Shown: positions 18,400 to 28,174 of the stretch, in pieces
Position numbering within the stretch: position 1 is the stretch's first letter
Layout of the letters: each line of letters opens with the position of its first letter
Translations under genes and position numbers: made by a program
Notes under the pieces: generated by a model
What the model was told of the DNA's origin: nothing
What the model saw: only the letters and a program-made list of their open reading frames with translations
Database searches by the model: none
Origin: Polyangiaceae bacterium
GTDB taxonomy: Bacteria; Myxococcota_A; Polyangia; Polyangiales; Polyangiaceae
DNA: 64,000 nucleotides
Direction of reading: 5' to 3'
Assembly: GCA_965222375.1 (NCBI GenBank)
Contig: CBDCTZ010000014.1
Span: forward strand, 1,088,001-1,152,000

Positions 18400-21300
18400 A
18401 TGTTTCACGTTCACCGCAGTAACCGTTCGGAAAGATTGGCGGACGCTCTCGCCGAGCTCGTGCGTCGCCCGGTGGGTCGGGCGCTGCAGACGGAGGTGAT
18501 CGTAGTCCAGAGCCGGGGCATGGAGCGCTGGCTATCCTTGGCGCTGGCTCAGCGCCTGGGCGTGGCGGCGGCTCTCGAGTTTCCGTTCCCGAGGGCGTTC
18601 GTGGAGCGCGTGCTTGGCCTGGCGACGCCCTTGGACGAGGGCGCGGCGTCGTTCAATCGCGAGCGTTTGACCTGGGCCATCGCTGCGGAGCTGGCCGAGG
18701 CTGGAAACGCGTTTGGAGACGCAGATCTGCGGCGCTACCTCGCTCAGGACGAATCGGGCATCAAGCGCTACGAGCTGTCGGCTCAATTGGCGCATGTCTT
18801 CGATCAGTACGCCGTGTTCCGACCCGAAATGGTGCTGGAGTGGGATGCGGGACGCGGCGATGGTTTTCAGCCCGAGCTTTGGCGTCGAGTCGTGGCGCGA
18901 CTGGGCGGCACCCATGTGGCTGCGAGGGTCGCCCGGCTGGGTGCTGCGGGAGTGGCTGTAGATGGCTTGCCGGCGCGCGTCAGCATCTTCGGGGTGAGTG
19001 CTCTGCCTCCGCTGTACCTGGATGTTCTGAACGCCTTGTCCGCGAAGTTGGACGTGCACTTGTTTCAGCACAGCCCGTCGGATCTGTATTGGTCGGCCTT
19101 GCGTAGCGAAAAGAGCGATCAAGAGGTGCTTTCCGAGCTCGGGCTGCTGGCTTCTCTGGGGCGGCAGGGGGCCGAATTGTCCGAGCTACTGGAGGCACGG
19201 GTGCAGTATCAAGAGCACCCGGACTACGTCGAGCCCGGCGCGGACACGGCGCTGTCATGCCTGCAGCGAGACTTGATGCAAGTAACCAGGCCGGACACGC
19301 GGCGGCAGCGCACGCTGTCGGCGGCGGACAGCAGCGTCGAGGTGGCGGTGTGCCATAGCCCGACTCGCGAACTGCAAGTCCTCATGGATCGCTTGTGGGG
19401 GTGGCTGCACGCAGACCCCAGCCTGCAGCCCCAAGACGTGCTGGTGATGGTTCCCGACGTCGACGCCTATTGCCCGCATATCGATGCGGTGTTCGCTCGG
19501 GAGCCGGGCGACGAAGATCTGATCCCTTATCGCATCGCGGACCGGGCGGAGCGCCGGGCCAACCCTGTGGCCCAAGCTGTGCTCCAACTGCTAGCGCTAG
19601 CCGAGGGGCGCATGACGGCTAGCGCCTGTCTGGACCTTTTGCAGCTGACGCCGGTTCGCGAGCGGTTCGAGATCGCCGCCGCGGATTTGCCGGAGGTGGC
19701 GGAGTGGGTCACGGCGGCGGGGATTCGCTGGGGCATCGACGCGAAGCATCGCGGGCGCTTGGGCCAACCCGCCGCCGAGGAGAACACCTGGCGTTTCGGC
19801 CTCGCGCGCTTGCTCGTCGGCTACTGCATGCCGACCCAAGCGCGCGGCGAGTATTGCGGTGTGTTGCCCGTGGACGACGTGGAGGGCGAGTCTGCGGTGC
19901 TGGTCGGCAAGCTCGCTGCCTTCGCGGAAGCCTTGTTTTCCGCAGCGGCGGCGCTGACCGGGGAAAAGACCCTGAGCCAGTGGCAAGAGACGATTGTCGC
20001 CTGCATGCAGCAGCTGCTTCGCGAGAGCGAGGTGAGCTTCGGCGACCACCAGGTCGTGCGGCGGGCACTTGCGGCGCTAGCGCAAGACGGGCAGAGCGTG
20101 GACTTTCAAGCGTCAGTGCAGCGCGAGGTGCTGCGGGCGGCCTTGGAAGCGCGCTTGGTCGAAGAACGCCGAGTGCGAGAGTTCATGGCCGGCGGCGTGA
20201 CCTTCGCCGCCATGTTGCCGATGCGCAGCATTCCCTTTCGGGTGATCTGCTTGCTCGGAATGAATGACGATGCGTTCCCGCGGGCCGATCTGGTGCGGAC
20301 CTTTGACAAGATCGCGGCGGCTCGGCGCCTCGGAGACCGCTCGTTGCGGGACGAAGACCGCTACCTGTTCCTCGAGGCGCTGCTCTCTGCTCGAGATCGC
20401 TTGTACGTCAGTTATGTGGGGCGCGACATCCAGGACAATACCGAGCGTCCGCCCTCGGTCGTCGTGGAAGAGTTGTTGGACGTTGCCGAAGAGACGAATC
20501 GCTTCGCGACGCGGGCTCAGAGTGGAGCACAGCAGGAACTGTTCGTTCCGACCCGTTCGGCAAAGGAGCATCTCGTGGTCGAGCACAGCTTGTCGGCCCA
20601 CGCTCCGCGCTACTTCGATGGCGCGGACCCACGATATTTCTCCTACTCCGGGGAAAACGCCCTGGGCGCGCAGGCGCTCGCAGGGGAGCAACAAGTGCGG
20701 GCCAGCCCCATGCTGGGCCTGGAGGCGGAGGAACCTGAGGCGAGTGTCGATCTCGGAGAGTTGTGCCGCTACTTCGACAACCCGGCGCGCTATCTGGGGG
20801 AGCGGCGCTTGGGCGTGCGTCTACGCCGGGACGTGGTGCGAGTGGAGGATCGAGAGCCCATCGAGCTGGGTGGTTTGGAAAGCTACTTCGCCGGGAACTT
20901 CCTGCTCGAGCGATTGGTCGAGGGCGACGACCCTGCCCATGCCGAGGGACTGCTGCGGGCCCAGGGTGCGCTGCCGGTCGGCGAACTCGGGCGCCAAGTG
21001 TACGCGGGGTTGCTCGCGGACTGCCTTCCTCTGTCCCGGGCCGTGCGGGAAATCACCCAGGGCGGCAGACACTTGCCCGAAGAAGTCTTTGTCTCGACCG
21101 CGCATGGGACGTTGACGGGCGTCGTAGACGAGCTCTTCGATGCGGGTCAGGTGCACTACGGCTACGGTCGGGCAAAGGCCAAACGGCGTCTGCGCTTGTG
21201 GCTACGCCATTTGGCGCTGTGCGCCTCGGGTCGAGAGGACCCGAGCACCTTGGTGGCGCGCGGGGATCGTGGCGTGTTCGTGGCGCAGTACGCGCCTGTG

Positions 21301-21630
21301 GCTCCCGACTTTGCTGCAGGCCAACTGTCGCATTTGCTCCAGCTATTTCACGCCGGCGCGAGTCAGCCTCTGCCCTTTCTGCCGGATACCTCCTTCGAAT
21401 ATGCCGAGCGATTGCTAGCCGCGGAGCTGGATGAAGCCGCCGACGACAAGGCGCTGAAGGGCGCGCGCGGCCGATTCATGGACTTTCAAGGCTACGGCGA
21501 GGGTCACGACGAGTACGTCCAGCTCGCGTTTCCGGATTTCTCGCTCTTCACAGCCGGGGATCCCGGCTTTTCCGAGCTGGCTTTGCAGGTCTTCGCGCCG
21601 ATGTTGCAGCACACGAAGGTGGCATCGTGA
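18400..21630 (+). CDS. recC: Exodeoxyribonuclease V gamma subunit
   Basis: 'MFHVHRSNRSERLA', 'CHSPTRELQVL', 'MRSIPFRVICLLGMND', 'DRYLFLEALLSAR'. Confidence 0.95.
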   Translation: MFHVHRSNRSERLADALAELVRRPVGRALQTEVIVVQSRGMERWLSLALAQRLGVAAALEFPFPRAFVERVLGLATPLDEGAASFNRERLTWAIAAELAEAGNAFGDADLRRYLAQDESGIKRYELSAQLAHVFDQYAVFRPEMVLEWDAGRGDGFQPELWRRVVARLGGTHVAARVARLGAAGVAVDGLPARVSIFGVSALPPLYLDVLNALSAKLDVHLFQHSPSDLYWSALRSEKSDQEVLSELGLLASLGRQGAELSELLEARVQYQEHPDYVEPGADTALSCLQRDLMQVTRPDTRRQRTLSAADSSVEVAVCHSPTRELQVLMDRLWGWLHADPSLQPQDVLVMVPDVDAYCPHIDAVFAREPGDEDLIPYRIADRAERRANPVAQAVLQLLALAEGRMTASACLDLLQLTPVRERFEIAAADLPEVAEWVTAAGIRWGIDAKHRGRLGQPAAEENTWRFGLARLLVGYCMPTQARGEYCGVLPVDDVEGESAVLVGKLAAFAEALFSAAAALTGEKTLSQWQETIVACMQQLLRESEVSFGDHQVVRRALAALAQDGQSVDFQASVQREVLRAALEARLVEERRVREFMAGGVTFAAMLPMRSIPFRVICLLGMNDDAFPRADLVRTFDKIAAARRLGDRSLRDEDRYLFLEALLSARDRLYVSYVGRDIQDNTERPPSVVVEELLDVAEETNRFATRAQSGAQQELFVPTRSAKEHLVVEHSLSAHAPRYFDGADPRYFSYSGENALGAQALAGEQQVRASPMLGLEAEEPEASVDLGELCRYFDNPARYLGERRLGVRLRRDVVRVEDREPIELGGLESYFAGNFLLERLVEGDDPAHAEGLLRAQGALPVGELGRQVYAGLLADCLPLSRAVREITQGGRHLPEEVFVSTAHGTLTGVVDELFDAGQVHYGYGRAKAKRRLRLWLRHLALCASGREDPSTLVARGDRGVFVAQYAPVAPDFAAGQLSHLLQLFHAGASQPLPFLPDTSFEYAERLLAAELDEAADDKALKGARGRFMDFQGYGEGHDEYVQLAFPDFSLFTAGDPGFSELALQVFAPMLQHTKVAS

Positions 21631-24600
21631 GGCGACTGCAACCCCTGGCGATCCCGCTACGGGGGCGCCACTTGATCGAGGCGAGTGCGGGTACCGGCAA
21701 GACGTTCACCATTACGACGCTTTTGTTGCGCTTGATCATCGAGCGCGACTTGGATATCGACCGCATCCTCGTCGTCACTTTTACCAAGGCTGCGACGGCG
21801 GAGCTTCGTGCGCGGGTGCGCAAACGCCTTCGAGAGGCCCTGGAGTCCCTGGACGGCGACAGTCACGATGAGGTCCTGACGGAGCTTCTGGCTCGAGTGG
21901 ATGCCCAGACGGCGCGTGCTCGCATCACCCGCGCGCTTTCGATGTTCGATCTGGCCTCCATCTTCACGATTCACGGCTTTTGCCAGCGCGTCTTGAGCGA
22001 GCATGCCTTCGAGAGTGGACAGCGCTTTGGTCTGGAGCTGCTCTCGGACACTTCGGGCTTGCTGCTCGACGCGGTGAGAGACGAGTACGTGCGGGCGCTG
22101 TCTGCGGCGCCGCCCAGCCTAGCGAAGAAGGCCCGCAGTTCGCTCAGCATTGCGGAGCTGAGCGCGCTGATTCGCACGGCGACGGCAAGTCCGGACATGA
22201 TTCTCGAGACGGACGCCGCGCCGGCGAATGACGCGGCGTTGAAACGCTACTTCGAGGTACGCGCAGAGTTCGCCCGCAACTGGCCTGGCCAGGGCGAGGC
22301 GGTGCGCGAGCTGGTGCTGCGCCCCGGCGTTCTCAACCGCAGCCGCTATCGGGAAAGGCGTGTCGACCAGGCGTTGGCAGAGGCGGATCGGATCGCGGGT
22401 GCAGACGGCGCTCAGGTGGATGACATCGAGCAGTTGCATATCCTGTCCCCGGAGGTGCTGAAGAGCGCCGTGAATCAAGGTCAGCGCGTACCCGAGCACC
22501 GGATCTTCGCGAGCATCGGGCGGCTAGTGGAGGCCCATGCCGCTGCGGCAGGGGACCTGGACGCACGCTTGTGTCATTTGCAGCTCTCGCTGGCGAAGGA
22601 GGTGGCTGTTCGCCTCCGCACTGCCAAACAAGAGCGCTCCGTGCGGTCCTTCGACGACTTGTTGGTCGATCTGCGCAACGCTCTGCGAGCCGAGGGCGAA
22701 ACCCTGTCCAAGCAATTGCGTGCCCGCTACCCCGTCGCCCTGGTGGACGAGTTCCAGGACACGGACCCGGTGCAGTACGAGATCTTGAATCGGGTCTATT
22801 CGACGCAGGATTCTGCGCTTTTCCTGATCGGTGATCCCAAGCAAGCCATCTACGCCTTTCGCGGGGCTGACGTGTTTTCGTATCTCGAGGCCAGCAGGGC
22901 GGCTGGAGACAATCGTTTCGGTCTGACGACCAGCTATCGCGCCGACCCGAGCCTAGTCCAAGCGCAGAACACCCTATTCGAGGGCGTGGCCTTGCCTTTC
23001 GTAGATGAAGGCATTGCCTACGCCTCCATCGAGGCGCGCCCGGGAGCGATGGATGCCATGAGCGGCTGGGACGAGCCGCGCCCAGCGTTGGACGTCGCCC
23101 TGCTCGCCCGCGCCGAGCCGGACAGCCACAAGTTGCTGACCAAGACACGAGTGGAGGCCGAACTGCCGGCACGAATTGCCCGGGACATCCGCGCGCTGCT
23201 GGGCTCTGGCGTGCAGCTCGGGAACAAGGCGCTCCGACCCGGGGACATTGCGGTGCTCACGCGCACCAATCGTCAAGCAGCCGAGATGCAGGTGGCACTG
23301 TCTCGAATCAGCGTGCCCGCGGTGCTTGTGGGGGATCGGAGTGTATTCGAGAGCGCCGAGGCGACTGAGCTGGCCCTGGTGATGCGGGCCCTGGCGGAAC
23401 CCGGCAAGAGTGCTGCCGTGCGCACGGCGCTGTTCATGCCGTGCCTGGGCTTCGACGCCAGCATGCTGGTGGAGTTGGAGCGATCGGACACGTTGTGGGA
23501 GCAATGGGCGTCACGCTTTGCTCGGCTGCACGAAGTGTGGAAGGGACGCGGCTTCATCCATGCGTTTCACACCCTGTTCCGTGAGGCGCGCGCTCCGCAG
23601 CGCTTGCTTTCCTTCGCCGACGGCGAACGCAAGTTGACCAACTTGCTGCATCTAGCCGAACTGCTGCATCAGGCAGCTGTGGAGCAGCATCTCGGCGTGG
23701 CGGGTTTGCTCCGCTACATGGACGAAGCCATTGCAGACGGCACCGCGCTGGAATCCCTGGCACCGGACGCTCAACAGCTGCGCTTGGAGAGCGACGCAGC
23801 CGCCGTCTCGGTGACCACCGTGCACAAGAGCAAGGGTCTGGAGTACCCGGTGGTTTATCTGCCCAGCCTGTGGGTGGGTGATGTGCTCCGGGACGATAGG
23901 CGCTTGCGCTATCACGACAGCAATCGCGGAGGCGCTCTGGTGATGCACATCGCGGCGAAGCGGGACAAGGAAGAGACCAAGCGAGACCCCCGCTATCAAC
24001 GCGCGGAGCGGGAGAGCTTGGCCGAGGCCATGCGGGTTGGTTACGTCGGCTTGACCCGGGCAAAGCATCACGCCGTGGCCGTCTTTGGTAGGATCAACAC
24101 TGCGGGTACATCTGCTCTCGGCCGCCTCTTGCTCACTCGGGGCAAGCACCGTGGCGCCTCGGCCGAGCAGCGCCTCAAGGCGCTGGATGACCACGGCCTG
24201 CGGGGTGTGCTCGACGCTCTGCATCGTGAGTCTGCCGGCAGTATCGGCCGCCGCGCCCTGGCCCGGGCCGAAGAGACGTTTTCCGTCGCGCCACTGGCGC
24301 CGACAGCGGCGCTGTCCGCGCGGCAGCTGGAGCGCCGCCTCGACTTTCAGTATCGCACTTCCAGCTTCACGGCTCTGACTCGTGGTGCGGAAGCCTCCTT
24401 GGCACCAGCGCCTGAGCACGACCACGACGCGGGGCTCGAACCCGCTGCCCTACGGCCTGCACCAGCCCCCGTTGTGCTGGCCCAGTTCCCTCGCGGAGCC
24501 CGTGCGGGTGAATGCCTGCACCGGATCTTCGAACTGATCGACTTCGACGCCACAGATCCCGAGCCCCGTGCGGCCACTGTGCGCCGAGTATTGACCGAGT

Positions 24601-25229
24601 ACGGTATCGACCCACGGCAACATGCAGCTAGCGTAGACCGCGCCGTTTCCGACGTGCTGAACACGCCGCTGGTGGGCGACATGTGCTTGAAGCAGATTGG
24701 TCGGGCCGAGCGCCAGAGTGAGATGGAGTTTGTGTTTCCCGTGCGAGAGCAGAGCGCTGCCTTGAGCGCGGCTGCTCTAGGCCGTGCCTTCGCCGAGCAT
24801 GCTCGGCGGCCCATCTCGCCGGACTACGCTCAGAGCGTCTGCGATCTAGGCTTCTTGCCCTTGGCTGGCGCGCTGCGTGGCTTCATCGACCTGGCGTTCA
24901 GTCATGACGGCAGGTTCTACTTGGCAGACTACAAATCGAACTTCCTAGGCGCTGCGGCGACTGACTATGCACCAGACATCCTCGCACGCGAGATGCAGCG
25001 CCACCACTACGTGCTTCAGTACCATCTGTACTGCGTGGCGCTGCATCGCTACCTAGCCGTGCGCGTGCCCGACTACGACTACGAGCGGCACTTTGGTGGC
25101 GTGGCCTATCTCTTCCTGCGCGGCATGCAGCCCACCGCTGCTGGCTCAGGTGTCTACTTCGATCGCCCGTCCGAGGCCATGCTCGATGGCTTGTCCGCGG
25201 TGATCGCCAAGGCAGAGGAGGCGCCATGA
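21627..25229 (+). CDS. recB: Exodeoxyribonuclease V beta subunit
   Basis: ASAGTGKT, DEFQD, GDPKQAIYAFRGAD, TVHKSKGLE and nuclease motif GFIDL...DYKSN; GTGA overlap with recC. Confidence 0.95.
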   Translation: MRRLQPLAIPLRGRHLIEASAGTGKTFTITTLLLRLIIERDLDIDRILVVTFTKAATAELRARVRKRLREALESLDGDSHDEVLTELLARVDAQTARARITRALSMFDLASIFTIHGFCQRVLSEHAFESGQRFGLELLSDTSGLLLDAVRDEYVRALSAAPPSLAKKARSSLSIAELSALIRTATASPDMILETDAAPANDAALKRYFEVRAEFARNWPGQGEAVRELVLRPGVLNRSRYRERRVDQALAEADRIAGADGAQVDDIEQLHILSPEVLKSAVNQGQRVPEHRIFASIGRLVEAHAAAAGDLDARLCHLQLSLAKEVAVRLRTAKQERSVRSFDDLLVDLRNALRAEGETLSKQLRARYPVALVDEFQDTDPVQYEILNRVYSTQDSALFLIGDPKQAIYAFRGADVFSYLEASRAAGDNRFGLTTSYRADPSLVQAQNTLFEGVALPFVDEGIAYASIEARPGAMDAMSGWDEPRPALDVALLARAEPDSHKLLTKTRVEAELPARIARDIRALLGSGVQLGNKALRPGDIAVLTRTNRQAAEMQVALSRISVPAVLVGDRSVFESAEATELALVMRALAEPGKSAAVRTALFMPCLGFDASMLVELERSDTLWEQWASRFARLHEVWKGRGFIHAFHTLFREARAPQRLLSFADGERKLTNLLHLAELLHQAAVEQHLGVAGLLRYMDEAIADGTALESLAPDAQQLRLESDAAAVSVTTVHKSKGLEYPVVYLPSLWVGDVLRDDRRLRYHDSNRGGALVMHIAAKRDKEETKRDPRYQRAERESLAEAMRVGYVGLTRAKHHAVAVFGRINTAGTSALGRLLLTRGKHRGASAEQRLKALDDHGLRGVLDALHRESAGSIGRRALARAEETFSVAPLAPTAALSARQLERRLDFQYRTSSFTALTRGAEASLAPAPEHDHDAGLEPAALRPAPAPVVLAQFPRGARAGECLHRIFELIDFDATDPEPRAATVRRVLTEYGIDPRQHAASVDRAVSDVLNTPLVGDMCLKQIGRAERQSEMEFVFPVREQSAALSAAALGRAFAEHARRPISPDYAQSVCDLGFLPLAGALRGFIDLAFSHDGRFYLADYKSNFLGAAATDYAPDILAREMQRHHYVLQYHLYCVALHRYLAVRVPDYDYERHFGGVAYLFLRGMQPTAAGSGVYFDRPSEAMLDGLSAVIAKAEEAP

Positions 25230-27037
25230 ATGCCGATGGATTTGCAGCGCTGGATGTCGAGCTAGCTCGGACTTTGGGTGCTCTGAGTGGTGAGACCCGG
25301 CAAGAAGTACTGCTCTCGATTGCCGTGGCGAGCGAGCGGACGCGCGAGGGGCATGTGTGCGTGCGTCTCGAAGAATTGGAACAGCGCGTGCGCGCCGCGG
25401 CGACCGGGGAGCTGACGAGTGGCCCGCTGCGGCAACTGCTGTCTTCTTGCGAGTTGGTGGGCAGTGGCGCCGTGGAGAGCCCACCGACCCCACTGGTGTT
25501 GTCTCAGGAGCGTTTGTATTTGAGTCGCTTCTACCAGCACGAGCTCGCGGTGTTCGAGAGGCTCAGCCGACTCGCGCAGCCGGCGCCGATTGCTCCTGGA
25601 ACTGGCAGGTTGCGAGATTGCTTGAAGCGGTGGTTTTCGTTCGAAGCGGCGGCGCCTCAACCCGCGGTTGCCGCTGCTAGCTTGGCCCTGCGTCGCCTGC
25701 TCATCCTCACGGGTGGCCCGGGCACTGGGAAGACGACCACGATTGCGCGCTTGTTGGCGTTTTTTGCGGACTTGGCTCGCGGCGGAAAGCCCCCGCGCAT
25801 GCTGCTGTTGGCGCCCACCGGCAAGGCCGCCGCCCGCATGGGAGAAGCCGTGGCGACTTTGTCTGGAGAGTTGAAACAGATCGACGCGGTCGCTGCAGCG
25901 CTGCCCAGCGAAGCCTTCACGATCCATCGTGCTTTGGGCCCCACCGCAACGCCTGCGCGTTTCGCGCACGGCCCCACGCGTCCCCTACTGGCGGACATCG
26001 TCGTCGTGGACGAAGCGTCCATGGTCGACATTGCGTTGATGCGTCGCCTGCTCGATGCGCTCTCGCCTGAGGCCCGGCTGGTCTTGGTGGGTGACGAGCA
26101 CCAGCTCGCCTCGGTCGAGGCTGGTGCGGTGCTCGCGGATGCCTGTGCCGGCGCGAGCCACCAGGGGTGGTCCGTGGAGCATCGAGATGCTGTGCGAGAG
26201 AGCTTCGACTTGGCGCTGCCGGGCGAGCCGGTGCCACAGGCGACTCGAGTCAGCGACTGCGTCGTGCACCTGACTCGTAGCTATCGCTTCGACCCGGATC
26301 GAGGCGTGGGCCGCTTGGCGCGAGCCATCGTCGAGGGAGATGCTGATACCGCACTCGCGGTGCTTCGCGACTCCGATACGCCGGAAGCAGGCATCGTGGA
26401 GGAGGGGCCTGATGAAAGCTACTTCGATGCTGCGGTCCTGAAGGGGTTTCGCCCCTTCTGCGAGGCGCAAGAGCCCAAGTTGCGCATGAGAGCGCTGACG
26501 CGGTTTCGCGTCTTGTGCGCCCATCGACGCGGGCCTCGCGGAGTCGAAACCCTCAACGGCCGGATTGCGAACTTGCTCCAGGAGCGACGACTGCTGGTTC
26601 CGGGCGCCGGGCGCACTCACCTCTACTATCCCGGGCGGCCCTTGCTGATCACCAAGAACGACGCGGCCACGCGCTTGTTCAACGGTGATATCGGAGTCAT
26701 CGAGACCACGCAGGCAGGGCTGAGAGCTGCCTTCGCCGCAGAAGACGGCCTGCGATACATCCCCCCGGCCCGGCTGCCCGAGCACGAATCCGTCTATGCC
26801 ATGAGCATCCACAAGAGCCAGGGCTCGGAGGTGGACTCGGCGCTCGTGGTGATGCCCGAGGCAGATTCGCCCCTGTGCACGCGAGAGCTCCTGTACACAG
26901 CGGTGACGCGAGTGAAACGGCGCGTCGCGGTGCTGGGCGACGAGGCGGCCGTGCGGGCAGCCATCGAGCGGCGTGTCTCTCGGGCGTCGGGGCTCGCTCG
27001 GCGGCTTTCGTCACGCACCCGCGCTGAGCCGGTCTAG
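25226..27037 (+). CDS. recD: Exodeoxyribonuclease V alpha subunit
   Basis: GGPGTGKTT, APTGKAAAR, DEASM, QLASVEAG, YAMSIHKSQGSE; ATGA overlap with recB. Confidence 0.95.
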   Translation: MNADGFAALDVELARTLGALSGETRQEVLLSIAVASERTREGHVCVRLEELEQRVRAAATGELTSGPLRQLLSSCELVGSGAVESPPTPLVLSQERLYLSRFYQHELAVFERLSRLAQPAPIAPGTGRLRDCLKRWFSFEAAAPQPAVAAASLALRRLLILTGGPGTGKTTTIARLLAFFADLARGGKPPRMLLLAPTGKAAARMGEAVATLSGELKQIDAVAAALPSEAFTIHRALGPTATPARFAHGPTRPLLADIVVVDEASMVDIALMRRLLDALSPEARLVLVGDEHQLASVEAGAVLADACAGASHQGWSVEHRDAVRESFDLALPGEPVPQATRVSDCVVHLTRSYRFDPDRGVGRLARAIVEGDADTALAVLRDSDTPEAGIVEEGPDESYFDAAVLKGFRPFCEAQEPKLRMRALTRFRVLCAHRRGPRGVETLNGRIANLLQERRLLVPGAGRTHLYYPGRPLLITKNDAATRLFNGDIGVIETTQAGLRAAFAAEDGLRYIPPARLPEHESVYAMSIHKSQGSEVDSALVVMPEADSPLCTRELLYTAVTRVKRRVAVLGDEAAVRAAIERRVSRASGLARRLSSRTRAEPV

Positions 27038-27149
27038 GCTGCGCAGCTCATGAGCGCCGAGCTGACGCGCGTCGCTGTGGAGGCGATAGTCATCGGGCTG
27101 GTCGCGACAAGGAGATAACGACGGCGTCATTTGCGCGGCTCATCGTACG

Positions 27150-28133
27150 CTATTCGGGGTTCGGAACGGAGCTGCTCACGCAGCGTCCATGGAAGAGTGC
27201 CGTACTCTGTGGGTGGAAGTTGCCGTTCGTCGTGCCATAGGCCCAAGGCGCGTTCGCGGGGGCGCAATCTGGGCACAACGACGAGCTCCACATCGTCGAG
27301 CAGCCCTGAACGTCGACTTTGCAGTACTTGCCGTTGTTGGGACCACCACCGCCAATACAGGACGTACACGTGGAGCCGATGCCACACGATTTCTGGAGAC
27401 ACCCCGGGTCACTGATGGTGCAGGAACCACCCGTCATCGGTGGAGCACAGCCGCCAGCGAGGGTGCGTAGGTCATCGATGGTCGCGAAACGCCAATTGCT
27501 CAGGCCCGCGATAGACAGTGCCGCACAGAATGGTGCGAAGGTCGCATAGGCTTTGTTGCTCATTACTGGCGACCAGCCCATCTTGGTCTTCAAGTCGACC
27601 GAGAAGCCGATGTCGTAAGTGATCCAGGCTTCGCCGTCTGCGGGAACCGCATCGAACTTGTGGGCGCAGCCGTAGGTCGGGTGGAGGAAGTCTTTGGTCG
27701 CTGCGTTGCCGTCGTCACACGAAACTGCGTCTGTGGGTGCGTCTGCTGCCGCGTCGCCACCACCGGTCCCGGCACCGCCATCCGGGCCCCCGGTTCCCGC
27801 GCTGCCGTCGGTGCCGGCATCGCTGCCACCGGCTCCCGCGCCCCCATCGGTGCCTGCAGCTCCACCGCTACCGCTAGCTCCGGATGAGCCGCTGCTGCCG
27901 CCGGTCGCTCCCCCACTGCCGCCTCCGGTCCCACCGGTGCTTCCAGCTGTGCCGCCCGTGCTTCCACCCGTTCCCGAGAGGCCTCCTGTGGACGCGTCGG
28001 CTGTTCCTCCGCTGCCACCCGCGTTACTCGAGTCGTCGTCGCTACCACAACCCGCCATTGCGAACGTGGCCGTCATGGGAATTGCCGCAAGAGCGGCGCC
28101 AACCCGAACCAGGCGTGCTTTGAGCTGCGTCAT
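27150..28133 (-). CDS. Lipoprotein with long Gly-rich tether and DUF1566/Lcl-like Cys-rich domain
   Basis: Lipobox MAGC; 'VDLKTKMGW...FCAALSIAGLSNWRFATIDDLRTL'. Confidence 0.75.
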   Translation of the reverse strand: MTQLKARLVRVGAALAAIPMTATFAMAGCGSDDDSSNAGGSGGTADASTGGLSGTGGSTGGTAGSTGGTGGGSGGATGGSSGSSGASGSGGAAGTDGGAGAGGSDAGTDGSAGTGGPDGGAGTGGGDAAADAPTDAVSCDDGNAATKDFLHPTYGCAHKFDAVPADGEAWITYDIGFSVDLKTKMGWSPVMSNKAYATFAPFCAALSIAGLSNWRFATIDDLRTLAGGCAPPMTGGSCTISDPGCLQKSCGIGSTCTSCIGGGGPNNGKYCKVDVQGCSTMWSSSLCPDCAPANAPWAYGTTNGNFHPQSTALFHGRCVSSSVPNPE

Positions 28134-28174
28134 GAGCCGATTCTACAGTGCCCCCGCGTGCGCCGAAATGCGTT

